Shown: positions 19,629-29,252, counted from the first letter of the stretch. The stretch is DNA of 64,000 nucleotides from a virus (IMGVR_UViG_3300044713_000232:1-64000), one strand, 5' to 3'. The notes: generated by a model from the sequence alone, not told the origin. A program made the numbers and translations.

Positions 19629-20375
19629 TCATGCAGCGTAGCGACAGCCGCGCCGGCTAGCACGGCTCGAGTGGTGCTTCTTGTTCTCGAATGCGCGTCC
19701 TGTCAGACTGCCGACCAGTCTCACGCCGCTTGTCGGCACAGCGACGATAGCGGCGTCGATGTACGCGCCTGGCTGCCTGAGGATGACGTAGCCACCAGGG
19801 GTACAGCCAGTTACCGACGTCAACGCACCTTGCTTGTCGTAGGGGCCGCTGGCGCCTGGGTCGAAAGCGGCAGTATAGAGGAAGTTCGGCACCATGACGC
19901 TATCAGCGTCGGCGTAGTCAGTGCCCTGCACGCGGTCGCACGTCTCGAAGGCCTCTTCGGTGCCATCGGCTCTGTCGGCCCAGCGGTTGGCGCCCGGGTC
20001 TCCGGCTGTTTCCGCTAGCTCGTGCCCCACGCCGACGCTGACAGGCATCTTGCTGCTGCTGTCGCCGAGCCAGCTGTCGAACTCGTCGAGCATCGCGTAG
20101 ATGATGGGGGTGCCATCGGCTTGCCGGTCGTGGTACGCGGCCGCATTCGGAACCGCGGTGTTGTCGTCGACGAGGTAGACGGGCGCTTCGCCTGATTGCG
20201 CGATGCCGTCGGCGGCGTAGCGCGCTTCGTAGTCGCCACCCCACACCGGCGCGAAGTCTTGGTTCAGCCAGTTAGCCAGCGACGTGGCCATCTGCTCCAG
20301 CACTGGGGCCGTGACGGGGCCGTACCCCGGATCCTTCGTCGATTGATTGATGAGGCAGAAACACATCGAGGGCAT
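19629..20375 (-). CDS. Putative zincin-like protein (HExxE...DP)
   Basis: AAYHD...GHELAETAGDPGAN...ETCDRV. Confidence 0.55.
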   Translation of the reverse strand: MPSMCFCLINQSTKDPGYGPVTAPVLEQMATSLANWLNQDFAPVWGGDYEARYAADGIAQSGEAPVYLVDDNTAVPNAAAYHDRQADGTPIIYAMLDEFDSWLGDSSSKMPVSVGVGHELAETAGDPGANRWADRADGTEEAFETCDRVQGTDYADADSVMVPNFLYTAAFDPGASGPYDKQGALTSVTGCTPGGYVILRQPGAYIDAAIVAVPTSGVRLVGSLTGRAFENKKHHSSRASRRGCRYAA

Positions 20376-20846
20376 CAGTTACTCTCCTCTACGGCCTGTT
20401 CCGCGCGTCGTTCGCGCGCCATGCGGGCGAAGTCGAGCGCGTCTTCGCTTGCTAGAAACTCATCGCAGAAGGGAAGCGTGTGCAACGCAGCGGCAGTTGA
20501 CTCGAAGACACCAGGCTCCACCTCAAAGGGGAACTCGCTGTCGAGGGTGTACTCCCCGTCGCAGAAGGGGCACGGCGCCGTTACACACGTCGGAACCGCG
20601 CCTTTACGCTGCCACTTGACGTTAGCCATCTTTCTGCTCCAGCAGCTTCGCGTACTCCAGCGCAACCTTATCAGCTCGGCGTTTGGCTGCCATGTAAGCT
20701 CTGTTGAAGCCAATGCCGGGGCCGGGTTGCTGCCACAAGAGCTGCATGTCTTCCAGCAGCTCTCGCAGCTCCTTGCGCACTTCCGCGAGAGACCGTGGCG
20801 CCGAAGCTGTCACTGAGTACAGCGTACGGCGCCTCGGGGCGGATAG

Positions 20847-21167
20847 CTAGTGGCTTTCCTTGGCGGGGTGGTTCACCGTCGGAGCGCCACCGTCAGTGAC
20901 GGCCTTGATGGCGAACGGCGGGGCGCCCTGCGCTGCGAGCAGGCTCGCGATGATGTCTTCGACGACCGAGAGCTCCGCGCCACCGCAGTGCATGGCGATG
21001 TCGGCGACGTTCGTATCGCCACTCTGGAGCTGGCCCTCGACGCAGGAGACGAGGTTGCCGACGTCGACGGGCGTCGAAGCGGGCGGCGTGTTGCACGCCA
21101 CATCGCTCGCTACGAGCGCGGCGATGATGGCGACTGCGCCGATTATGAGTCTATCGTTCTGGTGCAT
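20847..21167 (-). CDS. Putative lipoprotein
   Basis: Hydrophobic signal ending VAC; AAAGGA SD. Confidence 0.55.
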   Translation of the reverse strand: MHQNDRLIIGAVAIIAALVASDVACNTPPASTPVDVGNLVSCVEGQLQSGDTNVADIAMHCGGAELSVVEDIIASLLAAQGAPPFAIKAVTDGGAPTVNHPAKESH

Positions 21168-21670
21168 GGGGTCCTTTCTGAGGAACGTGTTTACCGTTCC
21201 GTGACACACGTCTGTACGTACGAAGAGGCGGAGAAGAGATCGCTTCTGAGGGGTTCCAGTCGTCTCTGGCAATGCGCTGGCGAATCAACGCCGCAGGTAC
21301 ACCTGTTAGCTTAGACCACTGCGAGATTGTTCTAGTGACACCGTCGACGGTCACGTAGTGATTGGAGCTCTTATTGTTCTGCTGCACTTCGGGGAGAGCC
21401 CACCGCACGTTGCCTGGCTCCGATGCGGTCGATCTGGTGCCGCGGTGATGGGCGAGGCCCTACAGCAGCAAAGAAGGCCTCGAATGATTCTGCGAAAGAT
21501 GGGTGCACACTGATATTGACGTAGCGCTCGTTACCGCGCTCATTCGAGCCCTTCCCGCACCGCCACTTCAACTGCTCCCACGCAGAGTATTCCGGAGACG
21601 TGGACATTCCGTGACGAGTATTACCGTGACCCATCACCGTTACGCACGGCGCGCCTCGCGGGGGAATCAT
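21151..21670 (-). pseudogene. Frameshifted HNH homing endonuclease
   Basis: HGMSTSPEYSAW..LKWRC...GPRPSPRHQIDRI then shifts frame at 21420/21421 into EPGNVRWA...QQNN; the DNxGxY segment is missing. Confidence 0.8.
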
Positions 21671-22004
21671 CGTCCACAGCTATGCAAGCATAATGCCAGC
21701 TCAAAAACACGTCTTTGCCGTCAGGGTCTTTGAACCACTCACGAGGCGCAGCGTCGTTCACCAGCACGCGGTCGCCGGGTATGACTTCCACAGGCCAGAA
21801 GCGGCCTTGGTTATCCGTGTTGCCGGGACCGACGGCGATGACTGTACCCCAGTGCGCCTTCTTCTTCTCGCCCTTCGATACGTCGCGGGCGGTAGCGGGG
21901 ATGATGATACCGCCCTTCGTGGTCTCTTGGGGCTCGTCGGGGCGAATGAGGATGTGGTCCTTGATAGGACGCAGCCTATCGAGGGTGGGTAGCGTCATCG
22001 TCAC
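21621..22004 (-). CDS. groES: Co-chaperonin GroES (Cpn10)
   Basis: LRPIKDHILI...TTKGGIIIP...GTVIAVGPG...V.PGDRVL. Confidence 0.9.
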   Translation of the reverse strand: MTMTLPTLDRLRPIKDHILIRPDEPQETTKGGIIIPATARDVSKGEKKKAHWGTVIAVGPGNTDNQGRFWPVEVIPGDRVLVNDAAPREWFKDPDGKDVFLSWHYACIAVDDDSPARRAVRNGDGSR

Positions 22005-22267
22005 GGCGTCGACTCTCCGTCGCCACCGCCGCTGGTGCCGCGCTTGCGATGAGTAGCCTTGCCACCCTTGCGACCGGCTTCGCGCGCCTCTTCGTGTGTA
22101 AACTCATGCGCAGTCCCCGCGACGTGTGCCGCCTTGCCGCCTCTGCGGCTGATCTCGCGGACGAGCGCGGGGTCCATCGCCGCGAATCCGCGGCGCTTCT
22201 TCGGGGGAGTGTTGGTGTCGTTGGAGGTGGCGTCGCCGTTGGCGCCGCCAGAGTTGGTGTCTTGCAT
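22001..22267 (-). CDS. Second KGG-repeat stress protein
   Basis: RRGFAAMDP...ISRRGGKAAH..GTAHEFT.EEAREAGRKGG; TACGCT 7 nt upstream of ATG 22267. Confidence 0.85.
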   Translation of the reverse strand: MQDTNSGGANGDATSNDTNTPPKKRRGFAAMDPALVREISRRGGKAAHVAGTAHEFTHEEAREAGRKGGKATHRKRGTSGGGDGESTP

Positions 22268-22314
22268 GGGGGAAAGCGTAAGCTCACCCCCACGCGAGTG
22301 CAAGTAGCGTCGAG

Positions 22315-22566
22315 CTACTTTTTCTTGAAGCCGAGCACGGCAGGCTTCGCAGTTGACTTGGCGGCGAGCGCGGCGGTGACGGCGGCGCTGCCCGGCGTCT
22401 TCAGCACGGCGAGGGACATGAAGAAGATGGGCATCACCATGATCAGCACCGTGACGACGTCGAGCTTCTGCCCACTCGCGAGAGCGGCTTGCAGCGCCTT
22501 GATGAGCGCCGGCAGGAAGCTACTGAGGAAGAGCAGGATGTCTTTCCAGTCCAACTTCGCGAGCAT
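22315..22566 (-). CDS. Small two-TM membrane protein (holin-like)
   Basis: Two hydrophobic helices and a basic C-terminus (FKKK). Confidence 0.55.
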   Translation of the reverse strand: MLAKLDWKDILLFLSSFLPALIKALQAALASGQKLDVVTVLIMVMPIFFMSLAVLKTPGSAAVTAALAAKSTAKPAVLGFKKK

Positions 22567-22568
22567 GA

Positions 22569-22931
22569 CTACACCTTCTTGCTGGTTCGGCGCCGAGCGC
22601 CGTCGTTGCTAAGCAACTCGTCGATCTTACCTTCGATGCGCGTGACGCGTTCGTCGATACTGCTAGCGAGGCGCTCTACGACTTGGGTGATACTTTTGTG
22701 CTCGGCGCGAGCAACTTCCACCTGCCCCTCGAGCCCCTTGCTCACCAACTCCGCGGCGTGGATACGCTCCTCATGGCGCACTAGCTGCGCCGTCTGCGCC
22801 TTTATGGTCTCAGCCTCGGCGGCTCTCACTTGATCGCGGAGCTTCTCGCGTGAGTGCGCGAGCCCCTGCACCGCCGCTGTGATGAGCGTGAGGAGTAGGG
22901 CGGTGAGCCCGATAAAGGCTTCGAGCGTCAT
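22569..22931 (-). CDS. Membrane-anchored coiled-coil protein
   Basis: N-terminal TM followed by heptads (RVTRIEGKID). Confidence 0.55.
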   Translation of the reverse strand: MTLEAFIGLTALLLTLITAAVQGLAHSREKLRDQVRAAEAETIKAQTAQLVRHEERIHAAELVSKGLEGQVEVARAEHKSITQVVERLASSIDERVTRIEGKIDELLSNDGARRRTSKKV

Positions 22932-22938
22932 GCGGTCC

Positions 22939-23802
22939 TTACCGCCGGCGGCGACGCAGACCTCGGTGGTGCACGACGACGCGCTTACCCTTGTGTTTCT
23001 TCAGCCACCACGCGCCGCCCACGATGGCGACGGCTGCGGCAGCAGCGCCGCCGAGGATGAGGAGGTTGATCGACGCGGCCGGCGTGCTGGGGGAGGGCCC
23101 GGGGCCAGGGCCGGGTGAGGGGCCGGGGCCATGCCCGCCGGAACAGCCGGGGGGCGCTCCCGCGCTCAGACTGTTCAACGCCGCCGCCACTGACGGCTCG
23201 TAGTTGCCGGTGTTGATAGGGACCTGATTGCCCGGGTTGGCTGCGTTCCAGGCTGCCTTGAAGGCGTGCACCGCTGAGTTGACGGCGCTGCCGGGTACCG
23301 CGACGTCGGCGCAGTAGTTGTTGATGTCGGCGTTGAGCGCCGAGATGGCGTTGGACGCGAGAGTCGCGAGGCCCGCACCGCCGCCCCCACCGCCGCCGCT
23401 CGCTTCCTGCTGGCACGCGCCGACAGCGTCGGACACGCTGCCCGCGGTGATGACGGCGCCGTCGGGGCAGGTATAGGTGCCGTCACCGTTGTCGACGGGG
23501 AGAGAGCTCTGCCCCGCGCCCACGTGCGGATGTCGCAACGAGACAGGCGCGCCGCTGTGTACTCGCATGCGTCGGTTGACGGCGGCGAGCCCGATGGCCT
23601 CGCTGCGCGCGGCACCCACGCCAGCGCCTACGGCGCCTCCGGCGGTGTAGCTGAAGACGCGGCCGTCCTTTTGGCGGAACCAGTAGCGGCCGTGCGCTAC
23701 GACAGGGCTCGCACCCATGCCGATGACGAGGGGCTTGCCAGCCTCGGTCTTCGTCGGCACGCTTCCGACGCCGACGTGTTCTTGCCATTTCTGCTGAGTC
23801 AT
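22939..23802 (-). CDS. Putative virion membrane protein with a peptidoglycan-binding-like domain and C-terminal TM
   Basis: AVHAFKAAWN...TGNYEPSVAAAL resembles PG-binding helices; GP linker, TM, then KKHKGKR...RRRRR. Confidence 0.55.
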   Translation of the reverse strand: MTQQKWQEHVGVGSVPTKTEAGKPLVIGMGASPVVAHGRYWFRQKDGRVFSYTAGGAVGAGVGAARSEAIGLAAVNRRMRVHSGAPVSLRHPHVGAGQSSLPVDNGDGTYTCPDGAVITAGSVSDAVGACQQEASGGGGGGGAGLATLASNAISALNADINNYCADVAVPGSAVNSAVHAFKAAWNAANPGNQVPINTGNYEPSVAAALNSLSAGAPPGCSGGHGPGPSPGPGPGPSPSTPAASINLLILGGAAAAAVAIVGGAWWLKKHKGKRVVVHHRGLRRRRR

Positions 23803-24041
23803 TCGCGAGCCGCTCCTCTCATGAGCCATCCTAGCACGCCCCCAACGAGGAGGCTGCCGATGACGGCACCGCCGGACACGTACGTCGACGATGGCGTCGA
23901 GGGCGCCAAGGGCGCGGATGGCACAGTAGCCGGTGGCGCCGCCGGGGGCGCAGAGGACACCGTCTGCGGCGGGGCCCCGGGCGGCTGCCCTAGAGTCTCG
24001 CCCGGGGCACCGGTACCGGTGTGTAGCGCCAGATTAGCCAC
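23799..24041 (-). CDS. Small Pro-rich tail-anchored virion protein
   Basis: GGAGG SD before GTG 24041; C-terminal TM. Confidence 0.55.
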   Translation of the reverse strand: MANLALHTGTGAPGETLGQPPGAPPQTVSSAPPAAPPATVPSAPLAPSTPSSTYVSGGAVIGSLLVGGVLGWLMRGAARE

Positions 24042-24948
24042 AGGGGCCTCCCGAGGCTCCGAAGAAGCCGCCGTCACTGTCGCACTCGTCGGACTCGTAC
24101 TCGACGATGAGACTTCCGCCGACGGCCCCGATGTAGGCGTTGGGGAAGTTGAGGAGGAACTGCTCCTCAGCGCTGAGACCGTTCGGGAAGAACGTGGAGG
24201 GGGGGCTCAGCGCGATACGGGTCGAGGTGTTCGTCTGGCGCACGCTCGCGAAGAGCGCGTAGATACCGGGGCTGGAGCAGGGGATGTCCAGCGAATCCCA
24301 GGCGTGTGAGTCGTCCCAGGGGGTGCTCACACCGTAGAAGGTACCGAGGTTCGCGAGAGGCTCGCCCGGGGGACGTCCTTGGGCCGGCGGCACGTAGTCG
24401 AGCAAGTCGATGTAGCCGGGGTCGCCCGCGGCGACGAGCATGGTCTCGTAGAGGAGAGACGACGTATCCGTCCAGCGGTACGCCGTGCCGTCGAGGTTCA
24501 CGACGGTGCCGTCGTTCTGGTTCACCGGCTTCGCGACGCCGGCACCTTGGCGCAGCGACTCTTCGGCCGTTGTGGGGATGTACCGAAGGTGCCAGCTCCA
24601 GTTGGCGTCAGACAGCGTAAAGGAGGGGTCGTAGACGGTCTGCCGCACGAAGCGGTTCCCGGTGTCGCTAGTCTGCTCGGCCCAGAGCTGTACGAGGAGC
24701 CGGTAGCCCTTGATGCGCGCACAGCCGCCCGAAGCGCCGACCTTGAAGCTCGCCAGCGCGAAGAGGTATCTGCTTTGCGCGCCGGTGTTCTTCGGCGTCG
24801 CACTCGGCAACGACACGGTTGCCAGCGTCGGCACCTTGAGGCCTAGCGACGCGCCGCCGTTATAGGGATCCGTGCCGATGAACTGCGCCGTCGGATCGAA
24901 GCCGTTGCTCTGAATCTCGACGCGACTCTTAGGGGGCGCCACCTTCAT
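24034..24948 (-). CDS. Putative minor capsid/penton-like protein
   Basis: AGGAGG SD; beta-strand-rich; in the same operon as the MCP candidate. Confidence 0.45.
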   Translation of the reverse strand: MKVAPPKSRVEIQSNGFDPTAQFIGTDPYNGGASLGLKVPTLATVSLPSATPKNTGAQSRYLFALASFKVGASGGCARIKGYRLLVQLWAEQTSDTGNRFVRQTVYDPSFTLSDANWSWHLRYIPTTAEESLRQGAGVAKPVNQNDGTVVNLDGTAYRWTDTSSLLYETMLVAAGDPGYIDLLDYVPPAQGRPPGEPLANLGTFYGVSTPWDDSHAWDSLDIPCSSPGIYALFASVRQTNTSTRIALSPPSTFFPNGLSAEEQFLLNFPNAYIGAVGGSLIVEYESDECDSDGGFFGASGGPCG

Positions 24949-24958
24949 GGGGCACCTC

Positions 24959-25576
24959 CTAGCAGTAGATCTCGGTGTAGACTCCCGTGTCGCAACCGAG
25001 CGCCTGGAGCGCGTTGAGCGCATCGCCTGAGGACATCTCGACGAGCTTGGCCCAGTGGGTCGTGCGGCCCTCGAAGACGAACGTGATCTTCACGGGGAAG
25101 AACGGTAGCGTCACGTTGGACTGGAAGTCCATCCGGATGCCTTGGGTGTTACTGAGTACCCACCCGCACGTCGGGCGCCGAATCTGCGCGATGGGCGTGT
25201 AGTTCGGGTAGATGTCGAACCGCGGGGCGCCGGTGACCTTCAGAGTCGCCTCGAAGTTCGACTGAAGCGAGAAGAAGTAGTCATTCAGGTAGTCGAAGTC
25301 GCCCGAGCCGGTATTCTGGTTGTCGACCTGGTACCGGATGTCGTCGATGATGACGTCCTGAATGAGCTTGACATCCTGCCCCTGGTCCAGCGCGGCGGCC
25401 TGACTGGCCGTGCTGAACGTCGCCGCCACGCGGATGGCGTAGGGTGCCATCGGCACGCCGAGGGCCTTCGCCAGGGCAAGCCGGGGGCTGCCCATCGCGA
25501 GCATCTGGCGGATGTCCTCCGTCGAGCAGCAACAGCCCGCGGCACCGACCTTGAGACAGTAATCCTTCAGACTCAT
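24959..25576 (-). CDS. Putative single jelly-roll capsid protein
   Basis: Alternating hydrophobic strands (WVLS...IRMDF...VKITFVFEG); directly downstream of the MCP candidate. Confidence 0.45.
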   Translation of the reverse strand: MSLKDYCLKVGAAGCCCSTEDIRQMLAMGSPRLALAKALGVPMAPYAIRVAATFSTASQAAALDQGQDVKLIQDVIIDDIRYQVDNQNTGSGDFDYLNDYFFSLQSNFEATLKVTGAPRFDIYPNYTPIAQIRRPTCGWVLSNTQGIRMDFQSNVTLPFFPVKITFVFEGRTTHWAKLVEMSSGDALNALQALGCDTGVYTEIYC

Positions 25577-25594
25577 GCTTTGCCTTCGGCTTTT

Positions 25595-25639
25595 CCGCCG
25601 TCGACAGCAGCGTCAACTACCCGCCGCTGTCGACGACGG
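25595..25639 (-). terminator. Strong stem-loop after the major capsid candidate (attenuator or mRNA stabiliser; no U-tract)
   Basis: CCGTCGTCGACAGCGGCG...CGCTGCTGTCGACGGCGG, ~18-bp stem with G-U pairs. Confidence 0.55.
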
Positions 25640-25672
25640 GCGACACGGATGTCGCCCGCCGGAGATGCTGGC

Positions 25673-26968
25673 TTACGAAGCCCAGCCGACCGCGCAACCG
25701 CACTCGGAGCAGATCTGAGCCTGGAGGACGGCGTCCCCCTTGATCTGGTCCGCGAGAGGCTCCGTGATCTCGTACCCTTTGATCTCGACGCTCATGAGGC
25801 CCGTTCCGCCCTTGAACACGTAGTGCTCCGTGTTCTGGGTCTGGAGCACGTCGACGTTGTCCGCCGAGAGCTCGTCGAACGTCGCGCCCGCGCCCTGCGC
25901 GATGAGCGCCTGGCTCGGCGTGATGGCGTAGGGCGGGGTGCCGCCGAAGCCGCCGGTCGCGTCGAACTGCTGACGGAAGAGCGCCACTTCCGCGTTGTTG
26001 TTGTTGGCCTCGAAGATGAGACCCGGCGGAACGCCCGGCTTCAGGATGTACGGCTGCTCGAGGGTACGGAACTCCGAGTTGCCCTTGAGCATGCTGCGGA
26101 GGTCCATGCCGCCGTACGTCGCGTCGACGATGACGTCGTCGAAGGGGCGGAACTTGCCCTGGGTCTCCGTCGAGGTCGTCTGCGCACCGAGGGTGCCGAC
26201 GCGCACGAGGTTCTGCCAGAGGAAGATCTTGTTGCCGCCGATCTTCGTCGGGTCCGTGTAGCGGGCGTTGACCCGGTTCACGAAGTCGACGATCGACACC
26301 TGGCTCGAGGACGCGCTGCCTTCCTGCGCCGCGGGCGGGGTGTAGGCGGTGTCACGGAGCTGCTCGTCCATGATGTTGATGAGCGAACCGTAGGTCCACC
26401 GCAGGTTGTAGCCTCGGGCGAGGTGCCAGAAGCCGTAGTTGACCCACCAGCCCCACTGGAGGAGGGCTCGCCGCATGTTGGCCTGGACCTGCGGCGCGGA
26501 CTGGGTAGCGCCGCCGTAGACGAGGTTCGTCTGGTCGTTGACGCTGTAGTTGTCCGGGCTGTTCGGCATCGCGATGGACGACCCGGGGGTCGGGATCGCG
26601 TTGCCCTGCGCCGTCCAGCACATGGGCTCCGGCTCGAGGTGGACGCCGATGGCGCACGCGAGGACGTACGTCTGGAACTCGCCGTTGATGAGACCATCGG
26701 TCGAGTAGACGTTGTCGACGCCGTTGGGCGAGGTCCCGGAACCCAGAAGCGAGATCTGGTTGCCGAGGGTCTGCGTCACGGCGGCGTTGGTGATGGGTCC
26801 CTCGAACTCCCACTGCACCTTGGCCACCGTCGGCAAGGCGTAGATGGGACAGCTCGTCGCGCTCTTCATGAGAGCGACGATGTCAGCGTTGGGGGTGCCC
26901 TGCCCCAGCCCGGCCCCGAGGGTGAGGCGCGGGTTCTTCTGATTGGGCCTACGAATCATCTGCGGCAT
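25673..26968 (-). CDS. Putative major capsid protein (non-HK97, jelly-roll-like)
   Basis: 431 aa, very strong GC3 codon bias, beta-rich, basic N-terminal leader ending LGAGLGQ, followed by a stable hairpin; no HK97 features recognised. Fold is inferred. Confidence 0.5.
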   Translation of the reverse strand: MPQMIRRPNQKNPRLTLGAGLGQGTPNADIVALMKSATSCPIYALPTVAKVQWEFEGPITNAAVTQTLGNQISLLGSGTSPNGVDNVYSTDGLINGEFQTYVLACAIGVHLEPEPMCWTAQGNAIPTPGSSIAMPNSPDNYSVNDQTNLVYGGATQSAPQVQANMRRALLQWGWWVNYGFWHLARGYNLRWTYGSLINIMDEQLRDTAYTPPAAQEGSASSSQVSIVDFVNRVNARYTDPTKIGGNKIFLWQNLVRVGTLGAQTTSTETQGKFRPFDDVIVDATYGGMDLRSMLKGNSEFRTLEQPYILKPGVPPGLIFEANNNNAEVALFRQQFDATGGFGGTPPYAITPSQALIAQGAGATFDELSADNVDVLQTQNTEHYVFKGGTGLMSVEIKGYEITEPLADQIKGDAVLQAQICSECGCAVGWAS

Positions 26969-27019
26969 GTTTCTTTTCTCTTTGCTTCAGGCGCCACTAC
27001 GCGCGCTTTGCCTGTTGCG

Positions 27020-28699
27020 TTATTCGCCGACCACTCGGCGGATGTTGGGATTGTAAAGAGGCCGGATGACGCCGGACGAACCGGCTCCCGAGCCAAGAGG
27101 GGCGCCACGGAGGGAGCCCGGAGGAGGTGCCGCCGTTGCGGGCGGATTGCCCGGGGGCGTGAAGACGTTCGGGGGCTTCATGACGCCAGGGCTAGGAGGT
27201 GAAGGCGGAGACTCGCCGGGCGGAACGAACGGGTTGGGGGCCGGAGCCGTCTGAGGCACGCCACCCGCGCGCTGCGCCGTACCCTGCTGCACCTGAGCCA
27301 GAGTGGTTCCGGCGCAGCAAGCGCCGACGCCCGTCTGGCAGTTGGTGCACTGGCACCCGGAGCCCATGAGGCCGACCGAGACGCCGCCCGCCGACGGAGC
27401 GGCGAGCTGTGCGGGCGCGCTCGAAGGCGTGAGCACCGACTGCGCACTGACCTCGGGCATGAAGAGTCGCTGCCCGAAGGGTGCGTTGTTGCGGAGCAGG
27501 TATGCGACGCCGTCTGAGAGCACCTTTCCGCCCGTGCGCATCAGCGCGCCGAAGCCGAAGAACTGGACGCAAGAGCGCAAAGACGAGCTCTCGATCATCC
27601 CGCCCGCGGCGAGCGGCACGACACCGAGGCCGAGGCCCGCGGCGAGGCGCATCCACTGTCCCGCACCCCACATGGGGCCGATGACGTAGGTGGGGTTGAG
27701 GTGGCCGTTGGCGCCCGGGTCGACGTAGATCTCGTTGCCCGAGCTATCCTTGGCGCCGGTGTCCTTGAGCGCGTGCGTCGCGAGCAGACGATCGACGACT
27801 TCGGCAGCGCCGAACCCGACGAGACCGCACACGCCGCCGAGCACGCCATCCATCAAGCTGATGGGGTTCTCCATCGCGCCTCGGCGAGAGTGCCGGTGGC
27901 GACGGTGGCGACGGGGTGCCTCGTGGCTGCGGTGGCCGCGCACGTAGACGCGCTTACGGCTGCCACGGCTCTTCTTGCGGTAATAACCGCGCACGGAGTG
28001 CTTGTGGTGACCGGGCCGGCGGCGCTTGCTGCTACGGCGCCGCTTGACGGAGCCACGGCGCCTGCGACGACGCGGGGCCTCAACCGCATGAGCGGCGTGC
28101 TTACGGCGGCGCTTGCCACCCTTGCGGCGACGCTTGCGCGGGGCTTCCCACGCCGACGTCATGCCGTGGCTCTGCGAACCCCGACCGAGGCGGCGCTTGC
28201 GGGTGCGGGCAGCCTTACGGCCAGCCGCCACGCGTTTGGCGCTCTTGCGGTGATGAACCGCGTGCTTGCGCGGCTTCCGACAGCGCCTCCGGCCCCGCGG
28301 GCTCTTCAGCTTCCCGTTCTTACAGCTACGCTTACGCTTTCGCGCCATGGTCGAGGACTCCCTTGAGCGGTGCTTCTTGCTCCGGTTTCTCCGACGAGGC
28401 TTCTCCCCTGCACGGTGAGAAGTGTGCACTGTCTTACGCGCCCGTGTCAAGCGACGCGTACGTTTTTTCTCAGAAGCGCCTCGGCGCTTAGCGCGCCTCT
28501 TCTTCGCAGCGTTGCAAACGGCCCAAGGATTGGCTTTCTTGCCGCGACGCTTGTTGGAGCGCTTTACACCCTTGACACAGCGCTCGAACTTCTTGCGACT
28601 CCACGGCTTTTTGCCTTTGGAGCGCTTGGCGCGTCGACGCTTACTTGCTGCGGACACTTCGTCCTCCTCGCGCTGCATGTAATCAATATAGTCAGGCAT
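27020..28699 (-). CDS. Arg/Lys-rich DNA-condensing core protein with a hydrophobic/membrane C-terminal half
   Basis: About 250 aa of poly-R/K punctuated by EAPR, then MENP and hydrophobic helices, then a Pro-rich tail; directly upstream of the MCP candidate. Confidence 0.65.
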   Translation of the reverse strand: MPDYIDYMQREEDEVSAASKRRRAKRSKGKKPWSRKKFERCVKGVKRSNKRRGKKANPWAVCNAAKKRRAKRRGASEKKRTRRLTRARKTVHTSHRAGEKPRRRNRSKKHRSRESSTMARKRKRSCKNGKLKSPRGRRRCRKPRKHAVHHRKSAKRVAAGRKAARTRKRRLGRGSQSHGMTSAWEAPRKRRRKGGKRRRKHAAHAVEAPRRRRRRGSVKRRRSSKRRRPGHHKHSVRGYYRKKSRGSRKRVYVRGHRSHEAPRRHRRHRHSRRGAMENPISLMDGVLGGVCGLVGFGAAEVVDRLLATHALKDTGAKDSSGNEIYVDPGANGHLNPTYVIGPMWGAGQWMRLAAGLGLGVVPLAAGGMIESSSLRSCVQFFGFGALMRTGGKVLSDGVAYLLRNNAPFGQRLFMPEVSAQSVLTPSSAPAQLAAPSAGGVSVGLMGSGCQCTNCQTGVGACCAGTTLAQVQQGTAQRAGGVPQTAPAPNPFVPPGESPPSPPSPGVMKPPNVFTPPGNPPATAAPPPGSLRGAPLGSGAGSSGVIRPLYNPNIRRVVGE

Positions 28700-28763
28700 T
28701 AGGCTCAGCTCGCACCTTGTGTCTGCAAGGCGCAGCGTAGCGCGTTACACGCCTGGCGTCGAC

Positions 28764-29240
28764 TTACGGAGCGACGAGACCGCGGTCGTCGAGGTGACAC
28801 CAATCGGGCAGCTCGAGGCGATACGCCTTCTCTGCGCCGGTGCCACGGCTGTATAGAACTGCATCGCCGGAGCGAAACAGCGACGCGAGACTGCGCTTGC
28901 CGAAGGTGTGCTTGAAGTCGCCGGGGTAGCGCGTGCCGTCACGGTAGTACCAGATACGGCGCACGAAGCCGACGCGATGCCACTGACAGAGATCCGACGG
29001 CGGTGTGTCGACTGCGCCGCGATGCAGCTTGTGCCCCTTGCCGAAGTAGTCGACTGCTTCACTATCAGCTGTCTCATAAGGCGCGTCAGAGTGCGTGAAG
29101 CGCATCACGAGAAGGCTGCAACGGGGCCACAAGGCGCCTTCGGGGTCGTGGAGCATTGCCGCGTCGGGGTGCGGCAAGACGTCGCGCCCGTCGTGCATCT
29201 CAAACAAGATGTCGAAGCCTTTAGCGATGAGGCGCGCCAC
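28764..29240 (-). CDS. Hypothetical protein of the morphogenesis block
   Basis: GAGG SD; I.Y...G.....FKHTF motif. Confidence 0.55.
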   Translation of the reverse strand: MARLIAKGFDILFEMHDGRDVLPHPDAAMLHDPEGALWPRCSLLVMRFTHSDAPYETADSEAVDYFGKGHKLHRGAVDTPPSDLCQWHRVGFVRRIWYYRDGTRYPGDFKHTFGKRSLASLFRSGDAVLYSRGTGAEKAYRLELPDWCHLDDRGLVAP

Positions 29241-29252
29241 GACGGTTACCTC

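Noticed and set aside
25142-27202. 686-aa plus-strand ORF and other long antisense ORFs (e.g. 1438..2775, 28908..29981)
   Set aside because: Shadow frames of GC3-biased minus-strand genes; no motifs or translation signals.
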